Shown: positions 6,941 through 16,807 of the stretch, one piece after another
Position numbering within the stretch: position 1 is the first letter of the stretch
How the letters are laid out: each line of letters begins with the position of its first letter
Assembly (NCBI GenBank): GCA_030617525.1
Contig: JAUWVG010000001.1
Coordinates: 1-25,666 of the forward strand
Length of the DNA stretch: 25,666 nt
Origin: Candidatus Aminicenantes bacterium
Lineage (GTDB): Bacteria > Acidobacteriota > Aminicenantia > Aminicenantales > Aminicenantaceae
Direction of reading: 5' to 3'
The notes under the pieces: model-generated
The model's database searches: none
Seen by the model: the letters and a program-made list of their open reading frames with translations, nothing else
Told to the model about the DNA's origin: nothing
Translations under genes and position numbers: made by a program

Positions 6941-9061
6941 TTATTTCTTATCTTTAATTTTGGGCAGGAAGTTTTCCATTACCCAGACTTCGTCGTTGGG
7001 AGTTGTAAAACCGAATGAAGAGAAGGATAAATGATGGCCATCAGGATGAACGCTTAAGTGGCGGAAATTTGCCATTTTTAGGTTCAATTCTTGGGCCCTT
7101 TTCTCTTCCAAAGAATACATCCACAAATTCCACTCCTCGTTTAGTGGATGACTGCTTGAATAGAAAAAGATCCTTTTTCCATCAACACTCCAGGCGGGAG
7201 TGATTACAGTCACCCCTGATGTTTCGAAATTGTGAAGTTCCTGGGGTTCGCCCCCTGATATAGGAATGATCCGCATACTTCTTTTTTTTCCTCTGTTCAA
7301 AAAGACCAGCATTCTTCCGTCAGGGGAAATATCGATGTCCTTGGCATCATCTGGTGACCCCTGAAGTTTTTCATTCAAACCGGTTTTTAGGTCGAGGGCA
7401 AAGATCCAGGATTTTTTAGTACGGGGGTTGCCTTTGGTATAGAAAAGTGTTTGGCCGTCAATTGCCCATCTGTGTGAATAGAATTCTTCATTTTCTTCAA
7501 TTTGGACTAGAGGAGAAATCTTTTCAGAATTAACATCCATCTCGTATATTCCCTCCAAACCATTGCTATCTGTCCCCTCCCATGTAATCGCCTTTCCATC
7601 CGGCCGCCATTGAGGATAATTTAGCTCGAGGGATCCATGATCAAGCTCTCGGATTCCTCCATTCTCGAGTGAATAGAGACGAATAGATCTATTCATGGGC
7701 TGGATTCTTCGGAGAAAGCTGTAAGCCAAGTATTTGCCATCCGGCGAGTAGTCCGGGTAGGAATTGTGACCCTCACTATATCGTATTTCCACTTTTGGAG
7801 ACTCCAGGACCAGGCCGGATAAAGGATCGATCTTAACTACATATACATCATTCAGGGCTGAGCCGTTATAGCCGAAATAGAACTGATTGCGGAGAGTACA
7901 CCCAATAGGGAAAGCCGGACCGATATTCGGCTTCACAAGACTGGGTGTCCCATTTGCCTGTCCTCCCTTGACCGGAACAATCCAAACTCCCCGAACCCCG
8001 GTCCTCTCACTCCCGAACAGAAGATACTTCCCATCCGAGGTCCAATCGAATACATAGTCAAAAGAAGGGTGGGATATCAACTGTTCCTCGTATGTCCCGT
8101 CCGAAGAGAGAAGAAAGATATCCCGATTATTTGGATTTTGATCCCGGCAATCGTCAAAAGCAATTGTTCTTCCATCCGGAGAAATAACAAATCCCCAAGG
8201 GTGACCTTGGTAAAATTTACGTTTAAATGTTTTCAGGATTCTGAAGTTTCCATCGACAACAGAAAGAAAGCCAATAACAAATGTTTGCCCTCTTTCTTCA
8301 TAAAAACCAATGAGCATACGTTTTCCATCCGGGTGCCAATCAAAGGGCTGGATGTATCCAAAATCGTGATTTTTATACAGAATCCTGGGTTTTTGCTCTT
8401 CTAAACCGACTGTATAGATATCAAACGTGTCACCTTCAGGATCATACCAACTATATAAGACTTGATTGCCATCGGGTGACCACTTCGAATACAGGGCGAA
8501 TTCTTGAGATTTCAGCCAGGACCCTTTGTTCGTAAGACGACGGGATTTCCCATCTGCCAATTCACGAATGGCCAGGTCTCCGGTATCCCAGTCCGTAAAG
8601 GAAAGATATTTGCCATCGGGTGAAATATCCCCTGAAATGGCGGCTTCGCGTCCCGACAAGATTTTTTGTATCTTTAATTCCTTCGCCTTATCCTCAATGA
8701 CAGATTGGGCCTCTAAAAGAAGTGACAATTTTTCTCTTGCGATTTTCACAGCTTCAGTTTGATCCGGATACTTTTCTAGAACGGCCTGGAAAGCCTTCTG
8801 AGCATCACTCATCCCCAATTTCTGAAGACAGAGACCAATCTGGAGTTGGGCTTTGGCCGCAATCTCCCGTTCTTTTGGAAAGTCCTTAACGATCTTCTGA
8901 AAAACTTCAATTGCTCCTTCCAGATCCCCGCGGGTTTCTTGAAGATAGACCGCTCTTTCAAACAGGGCCTTGGCCGATTCTTGTTTAACAAGTCCAGAAA
9001 AAAGGAGAGAGGCTCCCATTACCAAAATTACTACCATTAAAAAAACTTTTTTTTGATTCAT
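6941..9061 (-). CDS. P3: exported TPR + PD40/TolB-like beta-propeller protein (706 aa)
   Basis: MNQKKVFLMVVILVMGASLLFSG signal-like N-terminus; TPR GDLEGAIEVFQKIVKDFP...AQLQIGLCLQKLG; SPDG repeats; ends VWVMENFLPKIKDKK. GGAGG 7 nt before ATG 9061 (track start 9085). Confidence 0.9.
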   Translation of the reverse strand: MNQKKVFLMVVILVMGASLLFSGLVKQESAKALFERAVYLQETRGDLEGAIEVFQKIVKDFPKEREIAAKAQLQIGLCLQKLGMSDAQKAFQAVLEKYPDQTEAVKIAREKLSLLLEAQSVIEDKAKELKIQKILSGREAAISGDISPDGKYLSFTDWDTGDLAIRELADGKSRRLTNKGSWLKSQEFALYSKWSPDGNQVLYSWYDPEGDTFDIYTVGLEEQKPRILYKNHDFGYIQPFDWHPDGKRMLIGFYEERGQTFVIGFLSVVDGNFRILKTFKRKFYQGHPWGFVISPDGRTIAFDDCRDQNPNNRDIFLLSSDGTYEEQLISHPSFDYVFDWTSDGKYLLFGSERTGVRGVWIVPVKGGQANGTPSLVKPNIGPAFPIGCTLRNQFYFGYNGSALNDVYVVKIDPLSGLVLESPKVEIRYSEGHNSYPDYSPDGKYLAYSFLRRIQPMNRSIRLYSLENGGIRELDHGSLELNYPQWRPDGKAITWEGTDSNGLEGIYEMDVNSEKISPLVQIEENEEFYSHRWAIDGQTLFYTKGNPRTKKSWIFALDLKTGLNEKLQGSPDDAKDIDISPDGRMLVFLNRGKKRSMRIIPISGGEPQELHNFETSGVTVITPAWSVDGKRIFFYSSSHPLNEEWNLWMYSLEEKRAQELNLKMANFRHLSVHPDGHHLSFSSFGFTTPNDEVWVMENFLPKIKDKK

Positions 9062-9171
9062 TTTTGTTCCTCCATCATGTGACATTCCAATAAAATAAAC
9101 ATAACGGAGGATGTTTGTGTTGAGGAATTATGGAAAATTTGTGAAAAACCTTCCACATGGAGACACTTCAT
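9058..9171 (-). CDS. Possible 37-aa small ORF between RR3 and P3
   Basis: AAGGAGG (9188-9182) 10 nt before ATG 9171; MKCLHVEGFSQIFHNSSTQTSSVMFILLECHMMEEQK; its TGA overlaps the P3 ATG (ATGA). It also crosses the putative P3 promoter. Confidence 0.25.
   Translation of the reverse strand: MKCLHVEGFSQIFHNSSTQTSSVMFILLECHMMEEQK
9092..9148 (-). promoter_or_regulatory. P3 promoter: phased TTCC(A/T)(C/T)A repeats plus -10
   Basis: TTTCCATAATTCCTCAACACAAA (9136-9114), 19/23 identical to the HK3 upstream motif; extra upstream TTTTCACA; TATTTT (9097-9092) 22 bp after CTCAA. Confidence 0.65.
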
Positions 9172-9187
9172 GTTTTTAATTCCTCCT

Positions 9188-9874
9188 TTAATCTACAAAT
9201 TTATAACCGATACTGTGGACACTTTTGATATGTTTGGGTTTAGAAGGATTATCCTCGATCTTCTTCCGGATGTGAGCCATGTGGCTGTCCACGGTTCTGT
9301 GTGAAACCGCCAGGTTGTCGGCACCCCAAACACTATCCAGAAATTCATCTCGGCTTATGACCTGTCCTTTTCTATCAATCAACAACTTAAGAATCTTTAG
9401 TTCCAGGGGAGTTAAACGCAAATCTAAACCATCCTTACGGGATTCATATTTTTGAAAATCCAATTCCACACTCCCAAATCTATAGAGTTTTATTTCATTT
9501 TGATAATCCTCAACCCGGCGAAGCAAAGCCTTGATCCGGGCGGATAGCTCCTTGAGACTAAAGGGCTTAGTGACATAATCATCTGCACCCAACTCCAATC
9601 CCAAAACTTTGTCCACTTCCTCATCTTTGACAGTCAACATCAAAATCGGAGACGTCACTCCCTCCTGGCGCACTCTCTTACAGATCTCAAAACCATCCAT
9701 CAGGGGAAGCATCACGTCCAGGATTAAAAGATCCGGCTTTGATGCTAAGGCCAACTCCAATCCCTTTTCTCCATCGGCGGCTGTTGTCACATCATATCCC
9801 TGCTCAGAAAGTGCATCCTGGAGGATCACTCGGATGCCGGCATCATCTTCTACAATTAGAATTGTTTTTTTCAA
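9188..9874 (-). CDS. RR3: OmpR/PhoB-family response regulator (228 aa)
   Basis: TTG start after GGAGGTGAG; ILIVEDD, LLILDVMLPLMDG, GADDYVTKPF; RTVDSHMAHIRKK, SVHSIGY. Confidence 0.97.
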   Translation of the reverse strand: MKKTILIVEDDAGIRVILQDALSEQGYDVTTAADGEKGLELALASKPDLLILDVMLPLMDGFEICKRVRQEGVTSPILMLTVKDEEVDKVLGLELGADDYVTKPFSLKELSARIKALLRRVEDYQNEIKLYRFGSVELDFQKYESRKDGLDLRLTPLELKILKLLIDRKGQVISRDEFLDSVWGADNLAVSHRTVDSHMAHIRKKIEDNPSKPKHIKSVHSIGYKFVD

Positions 9875-9877
9875 AAC

Positions 9878-12013
9878 TCACTCACCTCCTTCTCGGATAG
9901 GGAAAATAAGTGATACGCGACTTCCCTCTCCGGGACGGCTCGAAACAACAACTTCCCCTTCATGAGCAGCCATTATATGTTTTACCAAAGTCAATCCAAG
10001 GCCGGTGCCTGTCGGAGAGATCGAGGAAGCTTTTTTTCCACGATAAAATTTTTCAAATATTTTCTTCTGTTCATTCTCTGGAATTCCAATTCCTTTATCC
10101 ACCACAGTAATCTCGACCATTTCCCCTTTCCGCTCGACAAAGACTTCAATTTTCTTCTCTCTCTGTGAAAATTTGGCTGCATTGTCCAGGATGTTGTGAA
10201 AAGCCTGGTTCAGAGCTTCTTCATCTGCATAAACAGGAAAACTATTGTTTTCCATTTGAAGCTTTACATTAAAACCTGAAAGTTTGTGCTCTTTTTCAAA
10301 GCTTTCTACTTCCTGTCGAACCAATCTGCCGATATCGATGGATATTGGCCTGTATTTCCTTTTGCCTTCCTCGATTTTTGTAAAGTCAAGGACATTCAAA
10401 ACGAGTCTCTTTAGACGGTCGGAATCATGCCTAAGAATTCTGTAATATTCCCGGATTTTGTCCGGATTTTTTATTTTACCGTCCTGAAGATGCTCCAAAA
10501 TCGCTCCCATGGATGTCAGAGGAGTTTTAAATTCATGAGAGACAGAAGCAATAAATTCAGATTTCAACTGCAGGAGATTCATCTCCTGTGCAAGTAAGCG
10601 GATAATAAGGCTTGATCCAAAAAGCAGGATCACAAGTAGAGTTAAAATCATCCAGAAAAAAATATTTTCATAAAGAACAAATCCAGATCCCATTGCTTCA
10701 TTCTTATAAAGCTCCACTCTCCATGGCGGAAAATTATCTAGGAAGAGATCGGTAAAAATCGGCTTCTTACTCTCTGCGTCCTCTTCACCGAAGACAATTC
10801 TTCCTGTTTGATTGGAACGCATAAGAACTGAGATTCCAGATGGGGTGTTCTCTGATAACAAAGTGTCTGCATTTATTGTTAGATCATTTGCACCAAAAAT
10901 AGTTCCAAGGAAATCCATTCGAAAACCTTGATTGGGTCCATTTAAGGGTACAGATATCAAAAAAACTTCCTCTCCCTCAAACATTAAAACATTTTTCAAA
11001 ATCGGGAAGTTGGCTCCTTGTATACGATCCAAAATATCTTCTCCATAGGGCAAAACATCCTGTACCGCAAATTCGGCAAGGCGTCCTATATGCAGTTTCT
11101 TTTCCACTTTATTCTGAAAATCAATCACAGCGGCCAAAAAACCTTCTGGATAAACATCTTCTAATTCTTTAGCGACTACATTATTTATCATTTCTTTAAG
11201 TGTGTCCGCATAGAGTTTGACCTGACTTATATCCAGAGACCAAACTTTCTTTTCGAGACGTACATAGGTCTCAAGCGATTCCTTGAACAAGGCCTCAAAA
11301 TTATCAGATGTATAAAGAATATTCAGCATTTCGAGGCGGGAGACAAACTCTAGAGAGCGGCCGGACTCCGTGAGAAGATCCGGAAAAGAATCGATAAGAG
11401 ATCTGTAGACAACCAAAGCCTGCTTGTTGCCCGCTTGCTTTACCTCACACCGTGCAATGCGGCTTAAGATCCATGCACGGACTTTGTCGTTATTAGATCT
11501 GCTCAGTACTTGGCGGTATTGAGAAATCGCATTTGAAAAATCTTTTTGTTGAAATTCTGCCCTCTCGGCCTCATTAAGATTTGGTTGAATAGTCTTCCAT
11601 TCATCAGGTTCGAGTATTGTTTTTGAGGTTAGAGGAAAAACCTGATAAACAGGCAGCCAAAGTTCCCCCTTTTTGTTCCAGATAACAACTTCTCCAAAAA
11701 AAGAATCCCTTTGCTGAACACCAACAATTGATTCTCTAATCTCAGAATAGCCAGCATCAGAAAAAATTTCACTGTTAGCAAGCCCCATCAAATCCGTTGA
11801 TTGTGTTTCGACAAAATCTTGAATATCCTTCTGCACTGAACTGACATAGCCCTTGTGCTCCTCAAGAGTCTGCTGTTGGATCTTAAATTTTTCATTGCGC
11901 AAAGCCCGCATTCCAAAAAAGGCCAGGAAAATCGAGGGCAGAAATACCACAACAAAAAAAATTGAAAGGATTTTTCTGTTTTGAGATAAGACGAGTTTGA
12001 GATTATTTAGCAT
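9878..12013 (-). CDS. HK3: membrane sensor histidine kinase with TPR-like extracytoplasmic domain (711 aa)
   Basis: Two TM segments; AERAEFQQKDFSNAISQY...ILSRIARC; VSHEFKTPL; NILDNAAKFS; DKGIGI; FEKFYR; GTGLGL. Confidence 0.96.
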   Translation of the reverse strand: MLNNLKLVLSQNRKILSIFFVVVFLPSIFLAFFGMRALRNEKFKIQQQTLEEHKGYVSSVQKDIQDFVETQSTDLMGLANSEIFSDAGYSEIRESIVGVQQRDSFFGEVVIWNKKGELWLPVYQVFPLTSKTILEPDEWKTIQPNLNEAERAEFQQKDFSNAISQYRQVLSRSNNDKVRAWILSRIARCEVKQAGNKQALVVYRSLIDSFPDLLTESGRSLEFVSRLEMLNILYTSDNFEALFKESLETYVRLEKKVWSLDISQVKLYADTLKEMINNVVAKELEDVYPEGFLAAVIDFQNKVEKKLHIGRLAEFAVQDVLPYGEDILDRIQGANFPILKNVLMFEGEEVFLISVPLNGPNQGFRMDFLGTIFGANDLTINADTLLSENTPSGISVLMRSNQTGRIVFGEEDAESKKPIFTDLFLDNFPPWRVELYKNEAMGSGFVLYENIFFWMILTLLVILLFGSSLIIRLLAQEMNLLQLKSEFIASVSHEFKTPLTSMGAILEHLQDGKIKNPDKIREYYRILRHDSDRLKRLVLNVLDFTKIEEGKRKYRPISIDIGRLVRQEVESFEKEHKLSGFNVKLQMENNSFPVYADEEALNQAFHNILDNAAKFSQREKKIEVFVERKGEMVEITVVDKGIGIPENEQKKIFEKFYRGKKASSISPTGTGLGLTLVKHIMAAHEGEVVVSSRPGEGSRVSLIFPIREGGE

Positions 12014-12043
12014 GAATTTCCATGCCTTTTATTTCACAAATTC

Positions 12044-12088
12044 ATACTATATCAGGAAACCTAGTTTTATGTTAAGGAAATGTGGAAA
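12044..12088 (-). promoter_or_regulatory. HK3 promoter: TTCC(A/T)(C/T)A repeats plus -10
   Basis: TTTCCACATTTCCTTAACATAAA (12088-12066); TAGTAT (12049-12044) 22 bp after CTTAA, with overlapping TATAGT (12051-12046). Confidence 0.65.
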
Positions 12089-12096
12089 TCCAAATA

Positions 12097-12129
12097 AGGA
12101 AAGGGACGACCCATAATTGAGCCGTCCCT
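12097..12129 (-). terminator. Intrinsic terminator after P4
   Basis: Stem AGGGACGGC/GTCGTCCCT (12129-12121 / 12110-12102, one G-U) followed by TTCCTTATTT. Confidence 0.8.
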
Positions 12130-12149
12130 ATCAATCCCCCTTTACGGGC

Positions 12150-15100
12150 TTACTTTTTGTTCTCGAGTTTTGGCAGATAGTTTTCCATCACCCAGGATTC
12201 ATGTTCTTGTATCAAAAAAGAGACAGCAATTTTAGAATCTTGAGGATGAACGCTTAGACTAACAACAAATCCATTGGGATCTTTGGACTGCCAGATCATC
12301 TCAGGTTCTCCGCCCTCAGCGGAAATACGCCAAACAGAAGAACCTTTATTCTCATCATATTTTGCAAATAGCACATAATTCCCGTCAGGTGTCCACGTCA
12401 CGTCACTGCTCCATAAAACATCTGATCCTTGGAGTTTGCACAACTCCCGAGGATCTCCCCCAGAGACGGATTTGATCAGCATGCTCCATGTTTCTTCTTC
12501 GGGATTACTTGTAACAAACACTAATGTTTTTCCATCAGAAGAAAGATCCAAGAACTCGGCCAAGTTATTATTTTGATAGAGTTGTTTTTCCTGACCCGAT
12601 TCGAGGTCACGCATTAAGATTCTGTCCCGGTTTTTATAGAAAACAGCCTTTCCATCATGGGACCATTCAGCTATCGCTCGGTGATCAGGAGGCAGCTGCA
12701 CGATTTGGGTCACCTGATTGCTTTGAACATCAATCTTGTATATCCCCTCGTTGTTGGCCCTCTGATTTCCCTTAGTTTTTAAGTGACCTATGACCAAAAC
12801 AGAGCGCCCATCTGGAGACCAACGCGGTTCATTGACTTCAAACTCACCAGCTAGTTCACGTTCCTCTCCAGTCTGGAGATTACGAACATAGAGCGGTCTA
12901 TTATAAAAACCAGGTCCTGCCGGATCAGTTTTCTCTGTTTTATAAACTAAGTTCTCACCATTTGGGGACCATTCAACAGTGAAGTTGGAACCTACAAAAA
13001 GAGGACTGCTTAATTCCTCCTGAACTTTGCCTGTTTTCAAGTCAAATGGAGCAATTTCAGTTGTAAACCTTCTGGTAAAAATACTGTAGTAAAAGGAACC
13101 ATCCTTAGTAAATCCTTTAGGCGAAATTTGACCGATATCTCGTTTAACAGGCCAGGGCATGCTCTTTTCCTTACCATTTTCGACCTTGACTGCCCAAATA
13201 TCATAAGTTCCAGTGCGATTGCTTAAAAACAACATCTCTTCACGATTAGGAACCCACCCTAATAACCTGTCGTTTGCAGGATGTTCAATTAGATGAATTT
13301 CACCACCGCCATCAGTGGCAAGCAAGTTGATGTCGTAATTCCCGGATTTTTCAGCACTTGGGAAGTCATAGGCGATGAAACGATCATTCGGCGAATAACA
13401 GATTCGAGGCACAAAAGGTTTTTCAAAGGTTTTCAAGACCTGTGTAGTTCCGTCCACGACTGAAACTAAAATGATCTCTAAATTTGCCGGTTTTCTGCTG
13501 TACTTTCTGAATATAATCTGCTTGCCGTCTGAAGACCAGGAGTCAAGCTCAAGTTGATTGTATGTTCCACTGTAAAGAACTCGATCACCTGAACCATCGA
13601 TCCCAATAAGGCACAGATCATAAGTTGTATATTGATTGGTCCAAGTATAAGCGACCAGCTTGCTGTCTGGAGATATAACGGAATTGATTACAAATTCCCT
13701 TGGCTGATCCATGGCTCCCTTATTCGTAAGGCGCCGCGTCTTACCCGTAGCGATTTCTCGAATGGCAAGATCACCGGTCTCCTTGTCCTTATATGCGAGA
13801 TACTTGCCGTCGTGTGAAGGTGCTCCAGCCTGAACTTTCCTTACTACGAAATCCTCTCTTTCTTTTTGTTGTGGAAGTTTTTCAAGTGGCAGAAAATTTT
13901 CCATAACCCAGACTTCACTATTTTCTTCTTCTGAGGTAGAGAAAACAATATGTCGCCCGTTTGGATGAATACTCAAATTCATAATAAATCCACCCATTTC
14001 CAATTCTAGTTTCTCAGGCTCCCCCCCTTTTACCGAAATTCTATACAAATCCCATTTTTCCCCATCCTTTTTGGGAAACTTCATTGCAAAAAGAATATTT
14101 TTCCCGTCAAGAGTCCATGTAGAAGGCGCTCCGTATCTAATAGCAATGCCATCTTCAAAACTCCACAGTTTCCTTAGTTCTCCTCCAGTAGACGGGATGA
14201 TGCTCAGGCTTGGTATTTTATCTGACACTTGAAGGTAGTTCTCCTGTATGGTTAACCACTGACCATCCGGGGAGAGATTTATATGTAAGTCACCTTCAGA
14301 TCGATAAAGTTCTTTCTGATCACCGCTTTTAAAGTCTTTGACTATGAATTGGTAGGTTTTAGTTTTCCGGTTTCTAAGAGTATAGAAAATATTTTTCCCA
14401 TCAGGAGAGAGTACGAAGGGAGCAGCATCCATATTATCGTCAAACAAAACAAGCTCAGCATTACCTGTTTGAGTATCGATCCGGTATATTCCATTTGTAT
14501 CCCAGACCTTGACAAATACGGAACGCCCATCCGGAGACCAACGGGGATGGAAGAATTTATTTTTTAGGTTCGGAAAGATCTCGCGTTCCTTGCCAGTTTC
14601 AAGAGACTTGAGAGAGAGAACATTGCCACCCAATTTTGCGATAGTATAATCGGGATAAATTGTCAAAGGGAATCGCCTGGATATATAGGCTAGATATTTT
14701 CCGTCAGGCGAGTAGATGGGTGATTGGTTGTATCCTTCGAAACGTGTAATTGTCCTTTTCGGTGGAACAAGAATTTCTCCAGTCTCAGGATCGAGTTCAA
14801 CCGTATAAATATTATTATTTTTCTTTGAATAACCGTAGTAGAATGAGCCTTTCCTTGTGAATCCCAATGGTTCAATTGATCCCATATTTGATCTAACCAG
14901 TTCTGGTTTTCCCTGAGATATTCCATCAGAAATCTGTATGTTCCATAAACTAAAAGTTCCATTACGGTCACTGGCGAAAATGATATTCTTTCCATCGGGA
15001 GCCCAACCGAGCAGCTCATCATAGGAAGGGTGTTCAATCAATGGAATTTCACGAGTTCCATCGGTCGATAACAGAAAAATGTCACGTTCCAGTGAACCTG

Positions 15101-16022
15101 CTTTTTGTGGAAAGTCATACACAATGTATCGCCCGTCAGGTGAAAAACACATATTTTCCGGCCAACTCTTTTCAAACGTTTTGAGGACAGACACAGAACC
15201 ATCGGTTGTGGAAACTAATACTATTTGTACAATTATGTTTGTTCCAACTTTTCTATCGAAGTATGCCAGAATTTGCTTCCCATCCTGCGACCAATCGTAT
15301 GTGTACATCCATTGCACTTCCTTATCACTAAAAAGAATTCGGGGCTTAGACCCATCGAGCCCGATTATGCGCAGGTCACAATAGTCCTTACTGACCAACG
15401 CACAAACAATCTGATTACTGTCGGGAGACCATCTGGAAATGGAAGAGATATGACCTGATTCATCCCATGATTCCCTATTTGTTAATCGACGTTTCTTCCC
15501 GGATGCAATTTCATAAATGGCTAGGTCTCCGGTGTCAGTATCCCGATAAGAGATATACCTACCATCAGGTGAAGGGGCGCCGACACCGCTTCCATCTTGC
15601 GCCCAAGCCTGGTTGATGCGCAATTCGCCTTCTTCTGTGAGTTTTTTCGATTGAGCCTTTATAAAAGTTGCCAGTTTTTCTTTTGCAATTCTGACTTCTT
15701 CGGATTGCGAAGGATAGTTGTCGATGACTTTCCGGAAAGCATCCTGCGCCAACTTAGCACTTTTTTGTCCCAGTTTTTCATAACACAGGCCGATACGAAG
15801 CTGGGCCATAGCTGCGATATTCTGCTCTTTTGGATACTGTTCTAAGATCTTTTCGAAAAGCTTAATAGCACCCAACATGTCTCCGTCGGCATCTTTCTTA
15901 AAAACCGCCGCTTCATACAATTCCTTGGCTGACTGCTGATTATCAGCACTCAAGAAAATCCCAAGTGACATCACCAAAAGAAATATTACGCTCACACAAA
16001 CTAAAACTTTGATTCTTCTCAT
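12150..16022 (-). CDS. P4: exported TPR + doubled PD40 propeller protein (1290 aa)
   Basis: Signal-like MRRIKVLVCVSVIFLLVMSLGIFLSA; one TPR domain; two full propeller modules, each starting with ..DG.Y..Y.D..TGDLAI.EIA.GK.RRLTN and ending WVMEN(F/Y)LP. AGGAGG 6 nt before ATG 16022. Confidence 0.92.
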   Translation of the reverse strand: MRRIKVLVCVSVIFLLVMSLGIFLSADNQQSAKELYEAAVFKKDADGDMLGAIKLFEKILEQYPKEQNIAAMAQLRIGLCYEKLGQKSAKLAQDAFRKVIDNYPSQSEEVRIAKEKLATFIKAQSKKLTEEGELRINQAWAQDGSGVGAPSPDGRYISYRDTDTGDLAIYEIASGKKRRLTNRESWDESGHISSISRWSPDSNQIVCALVSKDYCDLRIIGLDGSKPRILFSDKEVQWMYTYDWSQDGKQILAYFDRKVGTNIIVQIVLVSTTDGSVSVLKTFEKSWPENMCFSPDGRYIVYDFPQKAGSLERDIFLLSTDGTREIPLIEHPSYDELLGWAPDGKNIIFASDRNGTFSLWNIQISDGISQGKPELVRSNMGSIEPLGFTRKGSFYYGYSKKNNNIYTVELDPETGEILVPPKRTITRFEGYNQSPIYSPDGKYLAYISRRFPLTIYPDYTIAKLGGNVLSLKSLETGKEREIFPNLKNKFFHPRWSPDGRSVFVKVWDTNGIYRIDTQTGNAELVLFDDNMDAAPFVLSPDGKNIFYTLRNRKTKTYQFIVKDFKSGDQKELYRSEGDLHINLSPDGQWLTIQENYLQVSDKIPSLSIIPSTGGELRKLWSFEDGIAIRYGAPSTWTLDGKNILFAMKFPKKDGEKWDLYRISVKGGEPEKLELEMGGFIMNLSIHPNGRHIVFSTSEEENSEVWVMENFLPLEKLPQQKEREDFVVRKVQAGAPSHDGKYLAYKDKETGDLAIREIATGKTRRLTNKGAMDQPREFVINSVISPDSKLVAYTWTNQYTTYDLCLIGIDGSGDRVLYSGTYNQLELDSWSSDGKQIIFRKYSRKPANLEIILVSVVDGTTQVLKTFEKPFVPRICYSPNDRFIAYDFPSAEKSGNYDINLLATDGGGEIHLIEHPANDRLLGWVPNREEMLFLSNRTGTYDIWAVKVENGKEKSMPWPVKRDIGQISPKGFTKDGSFYYSIFTRRFTTEIAPFDLKTGKVQEELSSPLFVGSNFTVEWSPNGENLVYKTEKTDPAGPGFYNRPLYVRNLQTGEERELAGEFEVNEPRWSPDGRSVLVIGHLKTKGNQRANNEGIYKIDVQSNQVTQIVQLPPDHRAIAEWSHDGKAVFYKNRDRILMRDLESGQEKQLYQNNNLAEFLDLSSDGKTLVFVTSNPEEETWSMLIKSVSGGDPRELCKLQGSDVLWSSDVTWTPDGNYVLFAKYDENKGSSVWRISAEGGEPEMIWQSKDPNGFVVSLSVHPQDSKIAVSFLIQEHESWVMENYLPKLENKK

Positions 16023-16054
16023 CAAAAGCCTCCTGTGATTTTCATTTCAGGAGA

Positions 16055-16120
16055 ATAATAATGTTTTTTTTCCGGTTTGTGGTTAAGGTTAAACAGAGTT
16101 TGCATTGAGTTTCAGTGGAG
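16055..16120 (-). promoter_or_regulatory. P4 promoter: four CTCAA-like repeats at exact 11-bp period plus -10
   Basis: CTCCA (16120-16116), CTCAA (16109-16105), CTCTG (16098-16094), CTTAA (16087-16083); TATTAT (16060-16055) 22 bp downstream. Confidence 0.65.
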
Positions 16121-16126
16121 ATAATT

Positions 16127-16807
16127 CTATCCCTCGAATCTATGCCCAACTCCTCTGATGCTGACAAGGTACCGGGGTTGAGAGGGATCCGGTTCGATCT
16201 TTTTCCGGAGATGAACGATGTGGGAATCAATGGTCCGGGGAGAGATGATGGCATCACCCCATGCCTCATCGAGAAGGTTGTCCCTAGTCACGACCTCCCC
16301 TTTACGTTCGATAAAGAATTTCAGAAGCTTAAATTCCAGGGCTGTCAGATGGATTTTTTCTCCGGCTTTTAAAACTTCATGGCGCTTAAAATCAACCGAG
16401 ACCTCTCCAAATTCAAAGACATCCCCGGTCTCCTTCTCTATTCCGGTCCGCCGCAGGATCGCTTTCACACGGGCGACCATCTCTCGTGATCCCACTGGCT
16501 TTGTGACATAGTCATCCGCGCCCATTTCCAGTCCCATAACTTTATCCATCTCCTCTGTCTTTGCCGCTGTGAGCATAATAATGGGCGTCCTCACATTTTC
16601 CTCTCTCAGTTTCTTGCAGATTTCAAAACCGGTGAGTTCCGGGAGCAGGATATCGAGAATGATGAGATTAAACTCCTTGCTTTTAGCCAACATGTAGCCC
16701 TCTTTCCCATTATCGGCAACGGCAACTTCATATCCCTCAAATTCCATGTCGTCCTTCAATCCCATCAGGATGGTTTCGTCATCCTCTACGATTAATATTT
16801 TAACCAT
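16127..16807 (-). CDS. RR4: OmpR/PhoB-family response regulator (226 aa)
   Basis: ILIVEDD, LIILDILLPELTG, GADDYVTKPV; RTIDSHIVHLRKK, SIRGVGH; overlaps the HK4 stop by 8 bp. Confidence 0.97.
   Translation of the reverse strand: MVKILIVEDDETILMGLKDDMEFEGYEVAVADNGKEGYMLAKSKEFNLIILDILLPELTGFEICKKLREENVRTPIIMLTAAKTEEMDKVMGLEMGADDYVTKPVGSREMVARVKAILRRTGIEKETGDVFEFGEVSVDFKRHEVLKAGEKIHLTALEFKLLKFFIERKGEVVTRDNLLDEAWGDAIISPRTIDSHIVHLRKKIEPDPSQPRYLVSIRGVGHRFEG

Noticed and set aside
16022-16045. 7-codon uORF MKITGGF with TGATG overlap onto P4
   Set aside because: No SD of its own, and the equivalent ATG in P2 is in frame; likely chance.
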